The notes below the pieces were generated by a model, which did not search any database, was not told the origin of the DNA, and saw only the letters and a program-made list of their open reading frames with translations. Positions 1 through 13,599 of a stretch of 64,000 bases of DNA are shown piece by piece (position 1 is the first letter of the stretch; each line of letters opens with the position of its first letter). The stretch comes from Nageia nagi. Lineage: Eukaryota; Plantae; Pinophyta. The stretch spans positions 71,734,001-71,798,000 of the forward strand of contig JBITNC010000001.1 in assembly GCA_050084985.1 (NCBI GenBank). Reading direction: 5' to 3'. Position numbers and translations under genes: made by a program.

Positions 1-3000
1 GTCTTCATCACCTAAGCATTATAATTGGGATCTCCATTTATTATCAATAGAAGTTATATTATTCACTCATTACTTTACTATTTTGCTTTCTTTTCTACTA
101 TGTTTAGTTCTCTATATCTAGATGTTGAATCTCTTGCATAATTTAGTAATTTTATGAGTGTTTGGTATCACTTTACTAGATGTTGGTATTTTGGATGATC
201 TTTCATGTTTAATATGATATTATTTATCCCACATTTGTATGTGGGATTAATCTTAAGTGTTTGATCATTTCATGCTAGAATTTGGGTATTTTTGTATTTA
301 TTTGAAGTGATATGGCCATTAGAGGTGTGATGTGGGATCCTAGGGAGAACTTTGGCCCATATTTGATGATTGTAGTGTGATGTTCCTCTCCTAGGGATTT
401 GGCTTATTGGAATTGTTATTATATTCTAGGTTTACATAATATTAGAGTGAGCCAAATTAGGGCTCATCATAGTGGTATTATAGCTAAGATATTTCCATCC
501 TTCTTGGTTAGATCTTAGAAGATTTATAGTTGTTGAGAAGAGAGGAAGATCTCTCCATCCTGTTGGAGAGAAATTGCTAAGAGTATATCTTGTCATTCTA
601 TTGGGTAAAGATATAGAGGAGAATCTTGATGATTTCTTCATGGTACTATATTATATCTAGATAGGATTTTACATTTGCAAGCAAATTTGTGGAGACTTTC
701 TAATTTTGGGAAGTTTCAAGGCCATAAACCAGTTTGTTGCACCTTTAGAAGCATATTTTGGGTGCTAGATCTCACATGTTGGCTCATTGGAGGATAATAT
801 TAGAGTTTTTGGCATCCAATATATAGTTTTTAAGATCTAAAGGTAGATTTTTTAGCTTTTTACTTTAAATTGTAATGTTTGAGGAGTGAAAAGTGAGATG
901 TAGGGCATTGGTTCCTAATTTGAACCATTCATCATTAGATTGTGGACTTGCATCAAGATTGTTCCATCCTAGAGGCACTAGTTTTCAAGTTTTAGTAAAT
1001 CTAAAAATTTCCTATTTCATTTCTATAATTTAAACTTTAAGTAAATTTTAAAATTGCAATCATGGAGGGATAAGGTTTGTAGAAGTTTAAAATTATTTTA
1101 TGAAGAATTTAATTTAATTTGAAAAGCAAATTAATTTCAAATTAAATTATGGGGAGATAAGGAGTTTGAATAGTAATATGGAAAAGCAAAAATTGGACAC
1201 CTTAATAGCTATGTTGAAACAAGTTATTGACCCAAAGGTAGAAAAAGTATACAAGCTATAGATTTAGTACAATAAGATATCAAAAAATAATAATAAGATA
1301 TCAAAAAATTACAAAAATATGATAGATTTTAAGACACATTTGGACTTGAAAGGGAATAATGATATACTAAATATGGTTCAAGATGAAAAAAGAGCTATTC
1401 CATCAAATCAAGGAAAGAGCACACATATTTATTTATTACAAAAGTAAGAAGAGAATCGAGTACCTAAAGTACATCCAAAAGAGAAAAGCACCTATGTTGA
1501 AAAGGATAAGTATGAATCAATCTCCTTGCTAAGGATATAGAATCACTTAAGGATGAGCTTTTAAATAGCAAATAAGATTTCTTTAACTCTAATAAGGAGA
1601 ATAATATTGTAATATTTAGAATGTCTAAGTTAGTTGAAGAATTATATACCATTAGAAATGAAGAACAATCAAAGTACCTCTCACTTGAGGGTAAATTGAA
1701 GGCAATAGAGAAGAAATTAGAGCTCAGCCATAAACATAATAAGGATGCAATCTTAAACAAAAGGAATAGTTTATATAAGTTGGAAAATATTCAAATCAAG
1801 ATGTATGACTCATTAGAAGAAAAATATGTCAATACATGTAAACTCCTAAAAGCTACAAGAAGGAAATTTTCAAATGGGAAAAAAGATATGGAAAATTTTG
1901 AGAAAAGCAATAGACAAAGATTTCACCATTCAGAAAAGCAATAGATGGAGTTACTTGGAAGAGAATTTACATCAATTAGGAATGATCATTTCACCATTGA
2001 TCTTCTAGACACAAACTTATTTTCACCTAGTGCATGGGCATATGACAACATGAAGCATCAAGAATGTAACTTAGAACCACTTGAAAAAGTGTTAGCATCA
2101 AATTAGAGAAATTATTTTACTATTATACTTGCATGTTCAGATATGAAATGCCTTACAATAAACATATTCACACTGAATTTGATGACACTCTTTGCATTCA
2201 TATATATCTTATACTTAATGGTTACAAGAAGAAAAGAGGGACATTATGGTGTGAAAAATTTGTAATCAAAGTAGCACATCAGAAGCTTGAAGAATGTACT
2301 TTGAGAATAAATTGGGATATCATCAGTTTGACAATGTGTTAGCATTTCTTGAGGATAAGAAAATTTTGGAGGGGCAATATTGTAATGTCCCCAATTTGTA
2401 AATTTCTATTCATTTTTTGGTTTTAGGAAGATTTTAACTTTTACAAGCAATAAATTGATATTTTATCACCTATAGTAGAAATAGGATCTTGTGCCAATCA
2501 TTTTGATAGGTTACACAACTAGGTTTCATCAAGAAATGAAGGATTTATGGTATTTTGAAGTTCTCTTGTCAAGCCAATTTTCTAAGGATGTGCAATTATT
2601 ATTTTATTAATTTAGGTATGATTTATATTTAGTTAGGAGAAATTTATATGTTTATGAAAAATGAACTATTATTTATGTAAGTTCCACTTGGATGTTTAAA
2701 TTGATAAATAAACACTTCAATTATGGGATGTTGGGCATAATTATTAGAATTAGGAGTAAATTAATATATTAATGTAATGTAAATATATAAGTATTATAAA
2801 TGTAAATAAAATATTTGTCATCTAATTTGGGATGTTACATATATTAAACCTTTATGATTGTAATATTGGTATTTAATTAGCCTCTTTAGTAATTATTGTT
2901 CCCCTCTCAAGGTAGAGCAAAATACCAACGTATTTTCACCCACTATGAGTTATTGGAAGATTCCACACTTGTATATTGAGCTTGAGGAGGAATATTGGAC

Positions 3001-5201
3001 CATTAAGATGCTAAATTGGGCATCCCAATATATCCACATCTCCCTTAGAGGCTCCTAGATTGAATATGATGATACCTAGGTGCATGAAGGAATCCCATAA
3101 CATAACATTGGTATTCTTGGCCCTTGGATGTGATTACTCCCATTTCGAGGTACCTCAATCTTATATGTGGGATATGTGAGCATATGCATCACCCCTAGAT
3201 AATTTTGGATAAGATTAATCAATCATAATGCATGATTAAAGGATGAAGCTACCTCTTACTATATAAGAAGGATCCTTGGAGATAATTGTATTTAATTATT
3301 ATTGTCATTTCTTACTCTTAGTCTGAGTGTTACTCTTCCTCAATTCCATTCTTTAGAGTGGCATACCTATAATGAGGTGCAATATAGAACTTACATGGGC
3401 ACACACTTGGGGTTTTGTGCAACCCAAGTTATCAGCTAGCTATTCAAGGGGTGTTGACCTTACCCTTAAAATAGTAGAATATTGATAGTGGATCTCTAAG
3501 ATTCCACCATAGCTATTGAAGTAGGAAGCCTTGGTGCAAACCTTTTCATACTATAGATCTAAGCCCTAATGCATTAGTCTTCATCACCTAACAATTGTAA
3601 TTGAGATCTTTATTTCTTATCAATATCAATTATATTGTTTACTCATTACTTTACCATTTTGCTTGCTCTTCTATTACATTTGGATCTCTATATCTAGACA
3701 TTGGATCTTTGGCATAATTTAGTAATTTTATGAGTGTTTGGCATTGCTATAATGGATGTTATCATTTTTGTATGATTCTTGCATGTTTAATGTGATATTA
3801 TTACTCCCATATCTATATGTGGGATTACTCTTGAGTGTTTGATCATTGCATGCTAGATGTTGGGTATTTTTGTGTTTATTTGAATTGATTTTGCTATTGG
3901 AGATGTGATGTGGGATCCTAAGGAGCAATTTCTATATTTATGACAAAAGGCCCTATTATTTGTGTAAGTTCCACTTGGATGTTTAAATTACTATTATTTG
4001 TACATAGTAATTGTAACTAAGAGTAAATTAATATGTTAATGCCAATAATGATGTAATGGTGATACTAAGACAATTATTAAATGCAAATGCAATATTAGTC
4101 ACCTAATTTTGGATGTTACATATATTAAGCCTTAATGATTATAATACTGGCATTTAATGGGCCTCTTTAGTAATTATGTCTCCCTCTCAAGGTATAACAT
4201 GATACCAAGGTGTTTTCACTGACTATTAGGCATTACAAGACTCCACAATTGGAATTTGGGCTTAAGGAGGAATATTAGACCATTAAGATGCTAAATTGGG
4301 CATCCCAAGATACCCATGTCTCCCTTGGAGGCTCCTATATTAAATATGATGATACCTAGGTGCATTAAGAACTCCCATAACCCAATGTTTACACACAGAT
4401 CATCCTTAGACATTGTTGGATGAGATTATATCAATCTTAATGCATGATTAGAATATGAAGCTACCTCTCACTATCTAAGGAGTGTCCATAGAAGATAAAT
4501 GTATTCAATTATTGTTATGATTTCTTACTCTTAGTTTAGGCACTGCTCTTCTTAGATTCTATTCTTCAAAGTGAGGTACCTATAACAGGGTGTAATTCAA
4601 GACTTATGTGGGAACACACTTGGGGATTGGTGTAATCCAAGTTTCCAACTAGATATTCAAGGGGTGTTGGCATTACCTTTCGATTAGTAGAATATTGATA
4701 TTCGATATTTGAGATTCCACCATATATGCTGAAGGAGGAAGCCTTGGTGCAAACCTTTTCATACTATGGATCTAAGCCCTAGTGCATTAGTCTTCATCAA
4801 CTAAGCATTGTAATTGAGGTTTCCATTTCTTATCAATAGCAATTATATTGTTCAATCATTACTTTACTATTTTGATTGCTCTTCTACTACATTTGGCTCT
4901 CTATATCTATACATTAGATATTTGGCATAATTTAGTAATTTTATGAGTGTTTGGTATCACTATATAATATGTTGGCATTATGGATGATTCTTGCATATTT
5001 ATTGTGATATTATTACTCTTATATCTGGGTGTGGGATTACTCTTGAGTGTTTGATCATTTCATGCTAGAAGCTATGTATTTTTGCCTAAATTCAAAGCTC
5101 ATAGTGTGATGTCCCTCTTCTAGGGATAGTTTGGTTGATTTGAATTGTTATTTTATTATAGGTTTATGAAATATTAGAGTGAGACAAATTAGGGCTCATC
5201 A
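1..5201 (+). mobile_element. Non-autonomous (pol-less) Ty3/Gypsy-type LTR element; 5' LTR truncated by the window edge
   Basis: 5' LTR ends GGGCTCATCA at 469; degenerate tRNA-iMet PBS TGGTATTATAGC at 473-484; about 1.9 kb internal region with only coiled-coil ORF remnants; CTTGAGGATAAG...GGAGGGGCAATAT PPT; 3' LTR TGTAATGTCCC (2381) to GGGCTCATCA (5201). Confidence 0.8.
2381..5201 (+). repeat. 3' LTR with an internal ~1.28-kb tandem duplication
   Basis: TATTATTT(A/G)TGTAAGTTCCACTTGGATGTTTAAATT occurs near 2667 and 3954; GTCTTCATCA..TAA occurs at 1, about 3577 and about 4790. Confidence 0.85.
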
Positions 5202-7214
5202 AAAGCAAGGAACATCCTTTAATTCTTCCATGAATTGGAGCAAGCTACCATATTCAGACCATGAGGCTACAAAGCATAAGTAGAGTATCCAAAATTAGAA
5301 GCGAAAAATATAATGATTCCTCTAAAATTTATTATTTTTAATGGTTATTTAATTATTTATAACTCTTTATTTGATTATGTTATGATATCATAGTTCTTTT
5401 GCTCAACATTGAGTGATCTATTGTATAAAAAAAAATCATAAAATAAATGCTTCCATTTTTGTGTCCTCTATGTGCTCCAACAAATATTCATATTGATGTT
5501 GTTTCAATATGATTCAAAATCATTCTTGCATTTTTTTTTGAGTTTTTTTTAATAATTTAATGAACTAAGATTGTTTATTAATATCTTCTCAAGATTTTAT
5601 ACAAAATTAATATAAAACTAAAATTAGTTCATTCATAAAATTTTTATTATTAACTGATATCTAAAATTGCATATATAGTTTGATAATTATGGGCAAATTA
5701 TATAAATATTGACTTAAGTAACTAAAATTTAACAATTAGTTTTTCTTATTATGGGAGTTGGTGAATCTTGGGTGTGGAAACTCTTTGTTGTTGTACAAGG
5801 AGTCCCATGTTTATTGGTTTATTATTTTTTGAGCTTTCATTGATATAACACTAGTACTTTCATATACCATTCAATTTGCTTACTTTAGAACTTTGAGGCG
5901 TATGAGGGAAAACATATATTTATGCTCAAGAATGGATAGTTTATTTTGTCAAGGTTGTAGGTGTTAATTAAATTTTAAGGATCTAAAACTATATTCATAT
6001 AGAGTTGCTCTTTGTTTTCAAGTCCCCTCCTTTTTAAGAAAGAAGGAAGAATATAGCATAACCAAAACACACTTGGAAACTATATTATACAGCTTAATTA
6101 TATGAGAAACAATCATTCAAAATATTAATTTATATATATTTACTGTTGGAAAAAATTTGATAGGTCCTACAAACCAAATGATTTAAAAGGACATTAAAAA
6201 AGTTATTTATATAAATGTAAAAGGTTTAAAAAGCCTTTCATTATCTTACTTTGCCATAATTATTTGAAAAGAACTTTAAAAATTAATACAATATGATTTG
6301 AATATGAATATGAAATTGGAAAATTTTAAAAGATATGATAAGTAAATTGTTAAGGTAAGTGTTTCATATCCATAATTACAACATACAAAATGATAGGAAG
6401 GGGTGGATATCATTTACATGATAAATTTTCACTTAGAATCATTATGATAGTCATTAGCAAGAGTGAATTCCAAGTAAGGAATGGAATTCGATCATAAATT
6501 AAATATTAACTTAACAATCAAATGCAACAAGTCATCATCAATTGAAGCCTCTTATGATCAACATGGCATACCCCTTTGATCGATCCAAGCAAGTTATTAA
6601 TAAGGGTGTCAATAGAGAAAGGGAGGTGGTGAGAGCCAATACATAAAGAGAGCGAAGTAGTTGAATTATATATATATATATATATAATGTATTTAACATT
6701 TATATATTAATAAATATCAACCCCCCCTTTTGTGATTCAATTAATGTCTCATTTTATTTCATATTTTATTTTTATTTCTATTTGCTCTTCAATTTGTGAT
6801 TGTAGATAAGAATCCAAATTGATCGATTTACTAGCCAATAGTTTTGTTGCTGATACATCTACAAAATAGGGGATTCGATAATTGAATGAAATGTTGTTGA
6901 TATTTACAAAAGAGTACCTTTTATACCATCTCAAAAATCATTACAAAATCGGTTCTCATAAGAATTGAAAAAATTTAGATAGTGGATCATTCAATATACT
7001 AGATATAGTAAGACAAAAGCAATCGAGTTAATCCATGGTGATAGAAGTTACAAAACTTTCTTCTACAAGTTCCTATACTTATTTCAAGTATGGATATGAA
7101 ACAACCCAAGTTTCAAACATGTATTCTTATCCCAAAAATTAATTCATACAAATAAAACATAACTCAATTACCAAAATCTCAATAATTATGGACACAAAAA
7201 GTCAACAAGTGGGT

Positions 7215-7804
7215 ATTGGATACCTTGAACACCTATACTACTAAATTTGTACTCCAAGAGTGGGTATCATGGGAAGTAGGGTGAGAAAGATTCTTCAAAG
7301 GACCAAATAAAATCTTCTTAAAAAATATCCTACATATTTTCAAATGATACCTAATAGAATAGGTAGTTTCCCCTAATGCCCTCTCCTATTTATAGGGGAG
7401 GCACCAAGGGGCAGGAGGCAATATGGAAAAAAATAAAAATTAAAATTATGGGAAATGGTACCAAGAAAGGGTGCAATTGAAAGATGAAATAGTTGTAGGA
7501 AGAGATTATAAGGAGGAAATAACACTAGGGTGAGACAAACATAAATAATGGAGCATTGGATATGTCTAAAGGGGAAGGGTTTGACTCACTAATGAAAAGA
7601 ATAACATATGATAATAAATTATAGGATCAAAGATAGAAAAATAGAGAGAAAAAGAGGCTATGAATGAAATTAGATATAATTAGAGAATTAAACTCATTAT
7701 TAGGAAAATAATAAGAGGATGAATCCTAGCAAGATGTTCAAGATAAGTTAAAGGAACTGATAGATAACCATATGAAGCAATTGGAATGGACTACCAAGGG
7801 AAAA
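7215..7804 (-). repeat. LTR-like fragment that received the Reina insertion
   Basis: Minus-strand CCCCTATAAATAGGAGAG TATA context near 7382-7399, typical of LTR U3; termini not resolved. Confidence 0.35.
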
Positions 7805-10800
7805 TGTTAGGAACTTGCAAGTTCCTAAGTGAGATTCGAATAGAATAACAGTAAATGTGAACTATAAAAATAACTCAATCACACACTCATAAGCAATGAA
7901 AACTCAAATGTAATAAGATAGTAAAAGATTGATGTTATTGAAAGCCAAAATGAATCACGGGCCACTTCGAGGGGGCTACCTCCTTTACAACTCAAACAAT
8001 ATATTTTTCCAAATGATCACTATTATCTTCTCCAAAAGTATTTATAGTCCACCTACCCTAACCCTAATCAACCACTCAATAAAAAATGGTGATTTTCCTT
8101 ACAAATATATCAGCCCCATACATTTAATAAAAGCCTATAGTCTAATTAATAAACTACTATAGTCTAATTAAATGTTAGGATGTGAGATCCTAACATGTCA
8201 CCCCTCTTAAGAGATAGCTTTGTCCTTAAAGATGAAAATTAGGAAATTATTGTTACAGTTGGTGGAGAGTCTCCCATGTTGCATTTTTAGGAGCTAAGCC
8301 ATGCCACTAGATAAGGACCTTAGTAACAATGTGATTTTGGAGCTGACATGTGCATCGATCTAGAATAGCCTCAAGTTCAACCATGATGGATCCTTCCTTA
8401 GTGAATTTTGGTAATTCATTCTGTACTATGATTTGGGATCCAAGTACTTGCTTAATATGTGAGACATGAAAAGTAGGGTGAATTTTGGATGATATTGGAA
8501 GTGCCAACTTGTATGCTATAGGGTCAATACATTAGAGTATCTTATAAGATCCTTAAAATCATGGGGCCAATTTTTGGGGACCTTTTAGTTTAAGATATAT
8601 TTACTAGTATGGTTGAAGTCTCAAGAAAATCATGTCAAATTCCTAAAACTATCACTTGACTCATTGTCAATTAGCTTGTTATTTCATTCGATGTTGAGCC
8701 ATTTGAAGATTTTCTTAAAGATGTAAATTATCTCTCCTTGATATGACAAGGTGGTACCTACTACTTGGACATTGGTTCTTCCTAAGATGTAAGAGGTGAC
8801 TGTGGGTGGATCTTGACCATATAGGGCTTCATATGGATTTATCTTGATGTATGCATGATACAAAATTTTATACCACCATTCTACTAAGGGAAGCCATTTT
8901 ACCCAATGGACTAGTTGAGCAGATGCAAAGCAACAAAGATATGTTTCCAAGCATTTATTAATAATATTTGTCTAACCATTTATTTAAGGGTGATATGTTG
9001 ATCTCATATTGAGTTTAGTTCCCTAAATTTTGAATAACTCCTACTAGAACTTACTGATGAATGTTGGGTCACAATCACTAACAATGGTGGATGGCATACC
9101 ATGGAGTTTAAAAATATTATCGAGAAAAATTTGTGCCATAAATATAGCTTTGTAAGGGTGTTCTAAAGGGCATAAATGCACATATTTGGAGATTCAATCC
9201 ACCACTACCATGATAACAACTTTGTTGTAGTATTTTGTAAGGCCTTTAATAAAATCCATTGAGATATTTTTCCAAGTGCACTCAAGTATGGGTAGAGGCT
9301 AAAGCAATCCTAGGATGCCCACTATCTCACCTTTCTGATGTTGACAAACATCACATTATTATACAAATTTCTTGATATCTTATTTCATACCTATCCAATA
9401 AAAGGAATGAATCACTCATCGATAGATTTTTAAGTACCCAAAATGCCTATTTGTTGGTGTTGAATGCAACTCTTAAAGTATCTATGCTTGACATGAAGAG
9501 TTTACTAGTAAAGCAATACAACCTTTGAATCATAAAATTCCATCATGCCAAGATAAGGGGGGTTTACTTGCTAGATTAGTTTGAAAATGTTGAATTATTG
9601 TTTGTGTGATGCTATCTTAAAGCCATTCTTGTTTAACCTAGTTGATCCATTAAGGAACTAGGGAGGAAAGAGCCTAAGGCACCTTGGGTTTTTCAAATTT
9701 TCAAGAAAAAGCATTAACAACCACATTCTCATTAACTTTTTTATACACAATATCATAGTCATACCCCAAGAGTTTAGGAAACCACTTTTATTGTTCGAGG
9801 CTGGAGATGAATTATTCCAAGAAGTATTTCAAATTGTGATAATCTATTCTAATGATAAAATGGTGATCAATGAGGTAGGCCATCCAATGTTGAACTACAT
9901 GGATGATTGCAAGCATTTCTTTTTCATAGGTGGATTTGGCCAAATTTTGACCTAAGAGAGCCTTACTTGTGAAAGCTAAGGGTCACCTTTATTGCATCAA
10001 TATGGATCCAAGTACTACTCCTAAGGCATCACATTCAATAATGAAAGTTTTAGAAAAATTTGGCATAGCCAGTCCTAGGTTTGAGAACATGGTGGCCTTT
10101 AGTTGATGAAAGGCTTATTTGGTAGCTACTGACCAATTGAAAGCATTTTTTTTCAATAGGGTTGTGAGGGGAGTTGTAATCTTTCCATAATCTTTCACAA
10201 ATTTATGGTAGATCATGTTAATCCTAGGAAACCTTGCAAGCCTTTCAAGGACTTGGACAAGGGCCATGTTTGCATATCCTCAATATTTAGTGGATCCACC
10301 CTAACACCTTTCTCAAAAATAATGTGTCCAAGGTACTTGAGCTCTTAATAGCCAAAGGAACATTTGGAGTGCTTAGCATACAACTAGATCTCTTGAAAAT
10401 TTGCAATGTCTGATCTAGGTGGGCCAAGTAGTTCTTTAAGGTTTTATTGTAGATCAAAATATCATCAAAGAAAATTAAAATGAATTTTCAAAGAAAAGGG
10501 TGGAATACCTAGTTCATCAAACTTTACAATGTAGATGACATGTTGGTAAGACTAAATGACATCACTAGGAACTCATAATGGCCTTCATGAGTGCAAAAAG
10601 TAGTTTTGGGAATGTCTTCTTCATGCAGTAAAATTTGATGGTACCCAAACCAAAGGTCTAGATTGGAGAAATATTTTGCACCATGTAATTCATTTAATAA
10701 TTCATAAATGATTGGTATGGAAAATGTCTCCTTGATGGTGATTTTATTCAAATCCCAAAATTCAATACACATTTTCCATGATCCATCTTTCTTATGAACC

Positions 10801-13531
10801 AACAGAACTAAAGATGAATAAAGGCTCATGCTAGTATGAATGATGTCAATTTGTAACATGTCATCACCAAATTTTCTATTTCATCCTTCTGCAAGAAAGG
10901 ATAATGATAAGGTTGAATGTTGGATGGTTGAGTTCCTTTAATTAATTGAACTGCATAGTCATGAGGATGGTGGGGAGGTAATTTATGGTATTCCTTAAAG
11001 ATGCCTACATGATGAATGAGCACTTGCTATAATTCCTATACTTCTAGTAAGTCCTGCATGGCTGGTTGAATAGAAAAGAGTTTTCCCATCACTCCTTTAC
11101 TACCTTTCTTCAATAATTTCTCCATGCAATGAGAACTAATAATTTGGGACTATCATACCTTAAGTCCTTTAAGAGTGTATATGTAGTCATCAACCTTAAA
11201 TTGCATCCACAACTCATGAAAATCCCATATAATTGGGCCTAGTATTGTCAACCATTGTAAACCAAGGACCAAATCACACCCTCCTAATGGGAGAACATAC
11301 ATGTCACCTTGCATCTTGTAGTCACCCATACTGAGCTTGATATTGTGATACCAACCTTTGTAGGCAATTTTACCTCCATTCTTGATCATTACCTCAAAAT
11401 TATTTTTTGGGTAGATGTAAGAGTGGGTCTTTTTGGCCACATTTGGATCTATAAAATTATGAGTGCTCCTTGAGTGCAATAATATTATCAACATTTGGCC
11501 TTTAAAATATCCTTTATTTTTCATCATTTATGGATACTTAAACCCATAGAGTGCATTGCAAGAAATTTCAAGACAAACTTCATAGGATTGGTTTGTCTCT
11601 TCTTCAATATCTACCATAGCATCCTTAAAAGTCTCATCGTATGAATCCTCAAGAGCTTTTGCATCTAACACATATAGTTTTTAGGTAGTGCAATGATGAC
11701 ATGATGCAAATTTTTCATCATAATTATAACAAATTCCTTTCTTCTACCTTTCCTCCATATTATAAGGGATCAATCTCTTAACCAATAGAGAGTGTATGAA
11801 CTTTGAATGACCTTGATAAGGTTATAATTTCCAAGTAGGGGTCTTGGTTTGTTTATGTTGTGCATTGAATTTATCTTCCACCAACTTGGCAAGCCCTATT
11901 ACCACTATCATGTTGTTTAGGTTGAATATTTTGAATTTTTCTTGAATCTTCTTCTTCAACCCATTAATAAAATAGCTTCGATAGAATGCATCATCTAGTC
12001 CTTCAGTACGGTTAGTTAGTTTCTCAAATTTTATTTGATATTCTTTGAATGTGTTTATTTGGTGCAATTTGGTGAGTGCATCGATGAAATCTTCAAGATA
12101 ATAGGGGCCAAATTTGACAAGGAGGTTTTGGGTAAATTCCACATAAGATGGGGTTCCATTTTCCTTTTTGAACCAATATTGGTACCATTGGACAGCTTCG
12201 CACTCGAGATGAAATGAGGCAAGATTGACTTTTTGATCCTTAGGAATTTGAGTTAGAGAAAAATATTGCTTGATCTGGTACACCCAACTGGTGGGATCAT
12301 CACCATTGAATCTTGGAAAGTCTAATTTAGTTATCCTTGTAAGGATAAAAGCTTGGTTCGATCCTAGAAAATTATTGAAACCTTGCCCAGTGTATAGTTT
12401 AGATTGATTTGATCCACCTATCGATGCTTGTTCAAGAGTTTGAACCCTTTGGTCTATATTAACAAAAGTAGTAGATATTTCTTGTATTGCTCAGGTCATC
12501 TCCTTAAGAGCCTTGGGAATGGATTTGTCTCCTATTAATACTATGAGAGTCCACTTGCTATAATAATTTATCCATATCTTGGGATCTTCGATCATCTACC
12601 ATCTTGCTATTGCAAGAATTACTATTTTTAGAAGTTGTTATTTTTAGAAACTAAAAAAGTGTATGGATGCTATACATCAAAATCATCAACATGAAAAAAT
12701 AATCACAAACATCTAATTCTTCACCATATGAGAGAAATGGCTTTGTCATAAATGTCTAATTCTTCATCGTTTGAGAGATAATAACCTTTGAAGTTTTTAG
12801 CTATTTTAGAAGTTACTATTTTAGGTAAGAAAAAGTAGGGTTTGTGAGGGAAATTTTGGGTTTTCAAAAAAGGTGGAAATTTATAGTATGAATATCGATG
12901 CACAATAAATTTATGGAATGTTGAAGGGTGCGATAGATAACATGTGAACTAAAATAGGGTATGAAAAAAACATTTGGCAAAGTTTCAGCTATAAGATGAA
13001 TAGAATGTATGGTTTCAACTTGATGCAACTTGGTGTTATAGAAAAATTTAGCAAAGTTTTAGCTATTAAATGGATAAAATCTAGGGTTCCAACTCGATCT
13101 TACCTTCCCATAAATTCCAAAATTGGAGCTCTGATACCAAATGTTAAGAACTTGTAAGTTCCTAAGTTGGATTCAAATAGAATAACAATAAATGCAAATT
13201 ACAGAAATAACTCAATCATACACTCATAAGAAATATGAACTCAAATGTAACAAGATAGTAATAGATTAGTATTACTAAAATCCAAAATTAATGGTAGGCC
13301 ACTTTGAGGAGGCTACCTCCTTTACAACTCAAATAATATATTTTCCCTGATGATCACTATTTTCTTCTCCAAAAGTATTAATAGTCTACCTACCCTAACC
13401 TTAATCAGTCGCTCAATACAAAATGGTGATTCACCTTACAAATATTTCAACCCCTTACATTTAATAAAAGCCTATAGTCTAATTAATAAACTACTATAGT
13501 CTAAGTAAATGCTAGGTTGTGGGATCCTCAT
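7805..13531 (-). mobile_element. Full-length degenerate Ty3/Gypsy chromovirus (Reina-like, about 5.7 kb)
   Basis: LTRs 7805-8195 (TGTTAGGA...TCCTAACA) and 13142-~13531; PBS TGGTATCAGAGC at 13128-13139; PPT AAGAGGGG next to 8196; TSD GAAAA at 7800-7804 and 13532-13536; order gag (11822-12283), protease (STHNFID), RT, RNase H, integrase, chromodomain (ELEAILDR...KVLI*WHGL...ATWE). Confidence 0.93.
8210..12400 (-). pseudogene. gag-pol pseudogene of the Reina-like element
   Basis: ORF fragments 11822-12283, 11153-11527, 10826-11023, 10524-10859 (KKDGSWKMC, TTFCTHEGHYEFLVM), 8684-8950 and 8307-8507; many stops and frameshifts. Confidence 0.9.
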
Positions 13532-13599
13532 GAAAAATCAATTGATAATAATAAGAAATTAGGACCAGGACCGATGGAAAACCTTAACACCATCAAGGA

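Noticed and set aside
6350-6870. Possible 5' LTR of the plus-strand Gypsy ending ..GATACATCTACA
   Set aside because: No matching 3' LTR or convincing PBS could be identified by eye.
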